Part shown: one piece after another, positions 8,477 to 13,254 of the stretch
How positions within the stretch are numbered: the stretch's first letter is position 1
Layout of the letters: each line of letters opens with the position of its first letter
Assembly (NCBI GenBank): GCA_042216335.1
Contig: JBDGTY010000013.1
Span: 1-13,254 of the forward strand
Reading direction: 5' to 3'
Length of the DNA: 13,254 bases
Origin: Candidatus Nanohalobium sp.
Lineage (GTDB): Archaea; Nanohalarchaeota; Nanosalinia; Nanosalinales; Nanosalinaceae
The notes under the pieces: generated by a model
What the model was told of the DNA's origin: nothing
What the model saw: the letters and a program-made list of their open reading frames with translations, nothing else
Database searches by the model: none
Position numbers and translations under genes: made by a program

Positions 8477-9294
8477 TCAGATTTTGGACTGGTATCCTGT
8501 GAGTCGATGGTCTTTCTGTTCGTGGTAGAGATCTCTTGCTGTTTTCCTTAAAGGGCTTTTTTCTGCCAGTGTATCTTGTTCGCCGAATATCTTTTTCCAT
8601 GGCACGTTGTATTCCTCTCTCGGGTACCAGGGTGCTTCGTCTTCTTCCGGTGATAGACTTAGGTCTGCGTCGTCGTATCTTCTTACCACCTCCTCGAAGA
8701 GGTTCTTGGGTAAAAGGGCGTTCCTGTGGATATCTAGGTAGATGAAGTCGTCTTCAGGTTCTCCTTCCTCTGCTGGCTCAAATATCTGCGTATCTCTCTT
8801 GAGCTCCTCAAAGTCATCTATCCCGCTTTATTCATCAGGATTAAACCTCAAAGTTGGCCTCTGGTTTGACACAGGTTCTTCCACGATGTTATAAAGATTC
8901 AGCTCGATTAAGGACCTGTCTGGTAGTTTTCCATATGAGTTATTTCTGACGACAAAACTGCCTCTCTGACCCGATCCTCCATTATTGACGAAAAGGGAGC
9001 AGGACTTTACCTGTACCGGCCATCCGGCGAAATTCTCATCAAAGCCTATGTATACATCCGCAGCATTGTCCTTGAACTCGGCACCATAGCTCCATGCTGC
9101 TAGCTGCTCAAATCCGGAACCTATCAGTTTAGGCTTGTCTCCCTCAAGTTTTGGCCGGTCAAGAGATTCTCTTTTCTCTACTGCTTCTCCGGTAAAGCTG
9201 TCAGGCGTGTCAAGAGAACCGACTAGACCTGATAGATCGTCATCACATCGCTTTTCTCAAGTATCCTTTCAACCTCGTCAACAGTCCCTGCCAC
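8477..9294 (-). pseudogene. Disrupted gene (~272 codons) for a probable PD-(D/E)xK-fold nuclease
   Basis: Hand translation: GTG 9294 gives MAGTVDEVERILEKSDV, followed by a 1-nt frameshift near 9245-9256. The frame is then open 9256-8831 (GSGFEQLAAW...AADVY...WPVQVKSC...GQRGSFVVR). After an in-frame TAA at 8830-8828 the same frame stays open to 8477. TATA-like CTTAAAATTT lies 29 nt upstream. Confidence 0.7.
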
Positions 9295-9339
9295 TACCCA
9301 CTCGAACGTACTAAAATTTTAAGTCAACTACCAGGCAGA

Positions 9340-9777
9340 TCAGTAAACCTTCTCCTTATCCAGGTATTCATGAAGGAACTTCATCGGAGGATATCCGTAG
9401 CCAGCGTCTTGGTGCCAGTTCATTCTCTTGTACTCGTCGGCGGTGACCCAGGCGAAGTTTTGATGTTCTTTCGATATTTCTACCTTGCCTTCCCAGTTGC
9501 TACAGTGTATGATAAATGTGTCTACATCGTTTTCTTCCTCTATCTCTTCCCTGACTATATCACTAATTTCTCCGAGTTGAATGCCAATTTCTTCTTTAGC
9601 TTCCCTTCTCGCTGCTTCAAACCTGTCTTCTCCTTCTGCTAAAGTTCCTCCCGGCAGCTCCCACTTACCGGCCATTCTCCCGTACAAAGTATATTTGTGG
9701 CCACTGTGTACTTTATCTTCTGAGGTTTTCTGCATTGTCAGAAAGTCTCCATCCTCATTCTCTATCAATAGTTTCAC
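9340..9777 (-). CDS. Nudix hydrolase (possibly the C-terminal half of a double-Nudix protein)
   Basis: Canonical Nudix box WELPGGTLAEGEDRFEAARREAKEEIGI and an EHQNFAWV motif. Confidence 0.9.
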   Translation of the reverse strand: MKLLIENEDGDFLTMQKTSEDKVHSGHKYTLYGRMAGKWELPGGTLAEGEDRFEAARREAKEEIGIQLGEISDIVREEIEEENDVDTFIIHCSNWEGKVEISKEHQNFAWVTADEYKRMNWHQDAGYGYPPMKFLHEYLDKEKVY

Positions 9778-10223
9778 AACTTTGATTCGCTCTCCCGAAC
9801 CATATCCTTTTCTGACTCAAGATAATCGCTTAGATATTCTATGACAGGAAGAATATAGGCTGCGTTTCTATGCCAGTTCAGTTCCAAAGCCTCCTTGCTA
9901 TCTATCCATCTGTATTCTTGATGCTCTTCCTCCAGCTCTATCTCTCCGGAGAAGGAATTATTGAACATCACGAAGCAGTTGACGGTTTCATCATCCTCTA
10001 TCTCCAGCCTAACAAGATCCCTGAAATCTTCTGAATTCAGGCCAGTCTCTTCCTTAATCTCTCTTTCCGCGGCTTCAAACCTGTCCTCATCATCCTGAAT
10101 CTTTCCGCCCGGCTGCTCCCACTTGTCCGCCATCCAGCCGTAACCCGAAGATTTTTTCAGCATCAAAAACTCGCCACTATCATTCTGGATTAGGACTTTG
10201 ACGACATCAATTTTCTCTGTCAT
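9774..10223 (-). CDS. Nudix hydrolase (possibly the N-terminal half of a double-Nudix protein)
   Basis: Canonical Nudix box WEQPGGKIQDDEDRFEAAEREIKEETGL and EHQEYRWI. ATGA-coupled to the upstream gene. Confidence 0.92.
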   Translation of the reverse strand: MTEKIDVVKVLIQNDSGEFLMLKKSSGYGWMADKWEQPGGKIQDDEDRFEAAEREIKEETGLNSEDFRDLVRLEIEDDETVNCFVMFNNSFSGEIELEEEHQEYRWIDSKEALELNWHRNAAYILPVIEYLSDYLESEKDMVRESESKL

Positions 10224-10642
10224 AGTAAATCGAACGCTTCCAGCGCTTTAATCTCTTCTCCAAGCTTTTCACGGGCATTCTCCAGGTTAGTTCCAAGGTT
10301 CTCTGTGTCGATCCAGGTGTATTCGGAGTGATCGGTCAAAAGTTCTTCATCGATCACTTTCTCCATATCTCTGTACATGTGTTCGGCGTATACAGGGATT
10401 ATGTCGTATTCACCACCTTTCCAAATATAGTCTGGTTTGGACTTGACAGCAGTTACCTCTATGCTGAACTCCTCATCCATCTCTCTTTCCGCAGTATACA
10501 GTGAATCCTCATCCACGTGTTCTTTACCGCCAGGAAACTCCCAGTCGCCGTTATCATTCCTCCGGGCAACCAGAAAATACCTTTCTTCACCAGTTCTGGG
10601 GATGACTGTGGCAGCTACTCTTCCTGTATACCTCTCCGACAT
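10220..10642 (-). CDS. Nudix hydrolase (140 aa)
   Basis: Nudix box WEFPGGKEHVDEDSLYTAEREMDEEFSI (terminal G replaced by S) and DHSEYTWI. Start ATG 10642 has TATA-like CTTAAAATTT 28 nt upstream. Confidence 0.9.
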   Translation of the reverse strand: MSERYTGRVAATVIPRTGEERYFLVARRNDNGDWEFPGGKEHVDEDSLYTAEREMDEEFSIEVTAVKSKPDYIWKGGEYDIIPVYAEHMYRDMEKVIDEELLTDHSEYTWIDTENLGTNLENAREKLGEEIKALEAFDLL

Positions 10643-10675
10643 AGATATAGAAAGATTCACAAATTTTAAGCAAAT

Positions 10676-11062
10676 TTAGTTTAATTCCTCTGTATCGGTA
10701 ATTTCCACGCCTTCTTCTTCGGCAACTTCTGCTAGTTCAGAGTCCTCTGTAGCCAGTTTCTCTCCTGCTTCCTTGGCTGTGGTCAGATAGGATGCGTCGT
10801 ATAAGGTTATCTCGTGCTTCGAGGCGATTTTCATAACCTTCTCTCTATCCGGCCGGATTGCTTCCATCTCCTTTTCAAGTCTGTCAATCAGCTTGATTAG
10901 TTCAGCCAGTTCTTCTTTTTCTATCCTGTTCTGGAGGTTGTGCATCTTCCAGAACACGTTCCCGGTCTCGTAAAAGGTTAAATCCAGTATCTTCTCGTCA
11001 AACAGCTTTTCGACTTCTCCTTCTGTAAGGATTTTCACGAGGCTGCTCGTGTCGAATATCAT
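10676..11062 (-). CDS. vapC: PIN-domain toxin (VapC family)
   Basis: The four acidic PIN residues appear in IFDTSSL, YETGN, ITLYDASY and LATEDSEL. ATGA overlap with the antitoxin gene. Confidence 0.92.
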   Translation of the reverse strand: MIFDTSSLVKILTEGEVEKLFDEKILDLTFYETGNVFWKMHNLQNRIEKEELAELIKLIDRLEKEMEAIRPDREKVMKIASKHEITLYDASYLTTAKEAGEKLATEDSELAEVAEEEGVEITDTEELN

Positions 11063-11277
11063 CTCTTCCTGTCCTCTCTGATAGATTCTACTACTTCATC
11101 CGAATCGACTTCCTGAAGTTTATCGCTTAATTTCTCTGCATCTTTCTGAATCTTTTCTCTTCTTCTCTTCTTCAGCTCTTCCTCCAAGGCTTTACGGATG
11201 ACCTCGCTGAGGCTGATATCCTCCTCAGAAACCTGTCTTTTCAGCTCTTCCGGCACTCTTGCAGAAACAGTCGCCAT
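11059..11277 (-). CDS. vapB: Ribbon-helix-helix antitoxin (VapB/CcdA-like)
   Basis: 72 aa. TVSARVPEELKR...ISLSEVIRKALEEE fits the RHH pattern, with a C-terminal IREDR. It lies immediately upstream of the PIN gene. Confidence 0.9.
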   Translation of the reverse strand: MATVSARVPEELKRQVSEEDISLSEVIRKALEEELKKRRREKIQKDAEKLSDKLQEVDSDEVVESIREDRKR

Positions 11278-11293
11278 AAGTGTAAACGCTTTT

Positions 11294-11313
11294 GTAATAC
11301 TTAAATGTATTAC
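11294..11313 (-). promoter_or_regulatory. vapBC promoter/operator: GTAATAC-TTAAAT-GTATTAC
   Basis: Perfect 7-bp inverted repeat whose centre reads TTTAAG on the minus strand, 28 nt before ATG 11277. Confidence 0.75.
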
Positions 11314-12116
11314 GATTGCCTTACTTTCAGCATCCAGTCGTCTATCTGCTGGGAAAGTTTTTCATCGTCTTTGTCGGCTTCAACCTCTACATCGTCGAAG
11401 AGGTCGTTGATTAGTTTGTCTGCCTCCTCTCTGAGTTCTTTCGAGGCTGTTTCCGTTTCCTTTTCGAGTTTTTCCTCAATAAGTTCTTCTATTATCTCTT
11501 TTTCTTCCTTTTTCAGGAGTTGGTCTGCCATCTTCGTTATGTCAGGTTCCAGTTCATGGTTTTCCTGTATGAATTTGGCACCAAGTAGGCCTCTCAGCAC
11601 GTAAAGGTATTTCTTGGCTGATAGATTGTAGCTTCCGCTGTCCGGGTTCAGAAACTTATCGTAATTCTGTTCGGCCATTCCTCTGTAATGGTAGGGCACG
11701 TCGGCAGGAAGATGGGACTCTACTATTTCTTGAAGTTCTTCCAGCTCTTCCTCTCGCTGATTCCAGACGATATTTTCTCCAAAAATCCACTCCAGCACAT
11801 TAAAGTTAGTCTTGAAAACCAGGTAGCCAAACTTCTTCAGCTCATAGCTCACCAGATCCATCTTCGACTGGGTAAAGGATGAATCCCACTCCTTCTCAAC
11901 CTCAAGCTGTTCACGTGGAGAATCAAGCTTCAGATGCTCCTCAGAATTAACGGCGTGGAAACCTCTGATGTCGATATCGCCGCCTTTCTCGCTTGGAAAT
12001 CCATAGAGGTGACTTCCGCTCAAAGCATAGAAAAGAGGCTCTTCGTCCTCTGCCAACTCCTCACTGGTAAATTCTCTGATCTCCTGTTTCTTCCTTTCCG
12101 AAAGTTTACTGCTCAT
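11310..12116 (-). CDS. Pol-beta superfamily nucleotidyltransferase, RlaP/YcgL (PF10127)-like, 268 aa
   Basis: SGSHLYGFPS..GGDIDIRG (GS plus DxD), DLVSYELKKF, NFNVLEW, YHYRGMA and KKYLYVLRGLL. Start set at ATG 12116, overlapping the ABCE1 3' end by 11 nt. Confidence 0.9.
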   Translation of the reverse strand: MSSKLSERKKQEIREFTSEELAEDEEPLFYALSGSHLYGFPSEKGGDIDIRGFHAVNSEEHLKLDSPREQLEVEKEWDSSFTQSKMDLVSYELKKFGYLVFKTNFNVLEWIFGENIVWNQREEELEELQEIVESHLPADVPYHYRGMAEQNYDKFLNPDSGSYNLSAKKYLYVLRGLLGAKFIQENHELEPDITKMADQLLKKEEKEIIEELIEEKLEKETETASKELREEADKLINDLFDDVEVEADKDDEKLSQQIDDWMLKVRQS

Positions 12117-13254
12117 AGAACTCTCCGCTCTTCCTCTGTTCCTGATCCTTTTGAGAACCGGGCTTGTTCGCCCGTGGCCTTCCGCTCTCTGGATCCTTCC
12201 TGAACGTGATCTCAACCTCTTCCAGGAAGTCGTTCATCGCATCCTCGATCCTCATCGGCTCGGTTGATTCTCCCTGTTTTCCGGGTTCTCCTTTGAATAC
12301 CATGCCACGGTCTGCGATGTAGTCCAGTAGGAGGAGGTCGTGGTCGATGACGAGCAGTGGTTTCTCGGTCTTCCGGGCGAAACGTTTCAGTGTCTTCCCG
12401 AGTTCGACCCTGGATTCCACATCGAGGTATGCGGATGGTTCGTCAAGAAGGTACAGGTCGGCGTCTTTGGCGAGACACATGGCGATGCCGACTCTTTGGA
12501 GCTCCCCTCCTGAAAGCTCGCTTAACTTCTGTTCGTAGAGTGGCTCCAGCGTCAAGGGTTCCGCGATCCGGGTCTCGAATTTCCGGCTATCCGGGTTCGC
12601 CACTTCTCTCACTGCTTTCTCGACTGTCTGGTCGCCGGCTTCCAGGTACTGCGGCTTGTAGCTTATGTCCATATCCAGAGATTCTCCTGTGTCTGGGTCT
12701 ATGGCGCCCGCCAGCATCTTGGCGAAAACTGTCTTTCCGAGGCCGTTCTCCCCGAAGATCGCAAGTATCTCCTCCTCGTGGATCGCGCCTTCAGCTGTCT
12801 CCAGCTTGAACTCGTCCTCTCCGAAGTCTTTAACCATCTCCTCGAACTTTGCGACCACCGGCTTGTTTTCGACCTGTGATCTCTTCGAGCGGTCGAACTT
12901 TATCTCATCTGAACGTATTCGAATGTTGTCGCTGGGCAGGTAGCCCTCCAGGTAACGGTTGACTCCCTCTTTGCTGCTTAATGCGTTGGATGCCATCCCG
13001 TAGCTTCCGGGATCGCCGAAGAAGATATTTATCCGATCCGAGATGAGGTCGAGAGTGGCCAGGTCGTGTTCTACAGCCATCACGGGATTATCCTCGGAGA
13101 GTTTCCGGATCTCTTGCCCCATGTTCAGCCTCTGCTTAACATCGAGGAAGGAGGAGGGCTCGTCGATCATGTAGATGTCGGCGTCCTTCAGGACTGTCGA
13201 GGCAATCGCCACTCTCTGGAGTTCTCCTCCGGAAAGGACGTCCACTTCCCTGTC
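12106..13254 (-). CDS. rli: ABCE1/RLI ribosome-recycling ATPase (5' part outside window)
   Basis: Two LSGGELQR signatures, IDEPSSFLD and LLDEPSAYLD, Walker A GENGLGKT, ISYKPQY, and the ABCE1-specific tail TFRKDPESGRPRANKPGSQKD. The frame is open to the window edge. Confidence 0.97.
   Translation of the reverse strand, partial: DREVDVLSGGELQRVAIASTVLKDADIYMIDEPSSFLDVKQRLNMGQEIRKLSEDNPVMAVEHDLATLDLISDRINIFFGDPGSYGMASNALSSKEGVNRYLEGYLPSDNIRIRSDEIKFDRSKRSQVENKPVVAKFEEMVKDFGEDEFKLETAEGAIHEEEILAIFGENGLGKTVFAKMLAGAIDPDTGESLDMDISYKPQYLEAGDQTVEKAVREVANPDSRKFETRIAEPLTLEPLYEQKLSELSGGELQRVGIAMCLAKDADLYLLDEPSAYLDVESRVELGKTLKRFARKTEKPLLVIDHDLLLLDYIADRGMVFKGEPGKQGESTEPMRIEDAMNDFLEEVEITFRKDPESGRPRANKPGSQKDQEQRKSGEFYEQ

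Noticed and set aside
7467..8600. Long minus-strand ORFs 7275-7733 (extension), 7510-8328 and 8220-8600
   Set aside because: They are antisense shadows of the DUF211 and VIT1 genes. Only 7275-7466 matches a real family (eS17).
8477..8689. 70-aa ORF as a stand-alone gene
   Set aside because: The same frame continues upstream with protein-like sequence, so it is better explained as the tail of the disrupted gene. A GGAGG just before the GTG means reinitiation is not excluded.
8828..8830. Stop-codon reassignment or Sec/Pyl readthrough at the internal stop
   Set aside because: The codon is TAA, which ends several normal genes here (DUF211, ABCE1, NTase, vapC). It is not TGA or TAG.
11310..12116. 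NTase as an MNT-HEPN antitoxin or CBASS cyclase
   Set aside because: The motifs match the RlaP/YcgL family. There is no adjacent HEPN (Rx4-6H) gene and no recognisable CBASS effector or sensor domain.
12117..12215. 33-aa extension of the nucleotidyltransferase ORF
   Set aside because: It is an Arg-rich alternative frame over the conserved ABCE1 C-terminus. ATG 12116 is the more plausible start.
1..13254. tRNA, rRNA, CRISPR array, IS element or integrase
   Set aside because: Intergenic gaps are all under about 100 nt once the disrupted gene is counted. No regularly spaced repeats, cloverleaf or transposase/integrase motifs were seen by eye (no covariance search was run).

Overview
Gene-dense archaeal DNA with very acidic proteins, moderate GC, TATA boxes about 27-31 nt before start codons, and abutting or overlapping genes. 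This fits a halophilic, streamlined archaeon, most likely Nanohaloarchaeota/DPANN (inference). Left to right: a 3-gene operon of acidic unknown proteins (including a 39-aa ORF missing from the track); methionyl-tRNA synthetase, whose essential N-terminus has no in-frame ATG/GTG/TTG (apparent ATC start); two divergent unknowns; a HAD-IIA (NagD-like) phosphatase; a secreted vWA/CARDB/Ig-like membrane-anchored surface protein; ribosomal protein S17e; and a DUF211 + VIT1/CCC1 operon with a palindrome at its start. A co-oriented minus-strand block follows, read as ABCE1/RLI (partial) > RlaP/YcgL-like Pol-beta nucleotidyltransferase > VapBC (perfect palindrome around its TATA box) > three Nudix hydrolases (two look like one frameshifted double-Nudix gene) > a disrupted PD-(D/E)xK-like nuclease gene that the track mostly misses. 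No rRNA, tRNA, CRISPR array or IS element was recognised.
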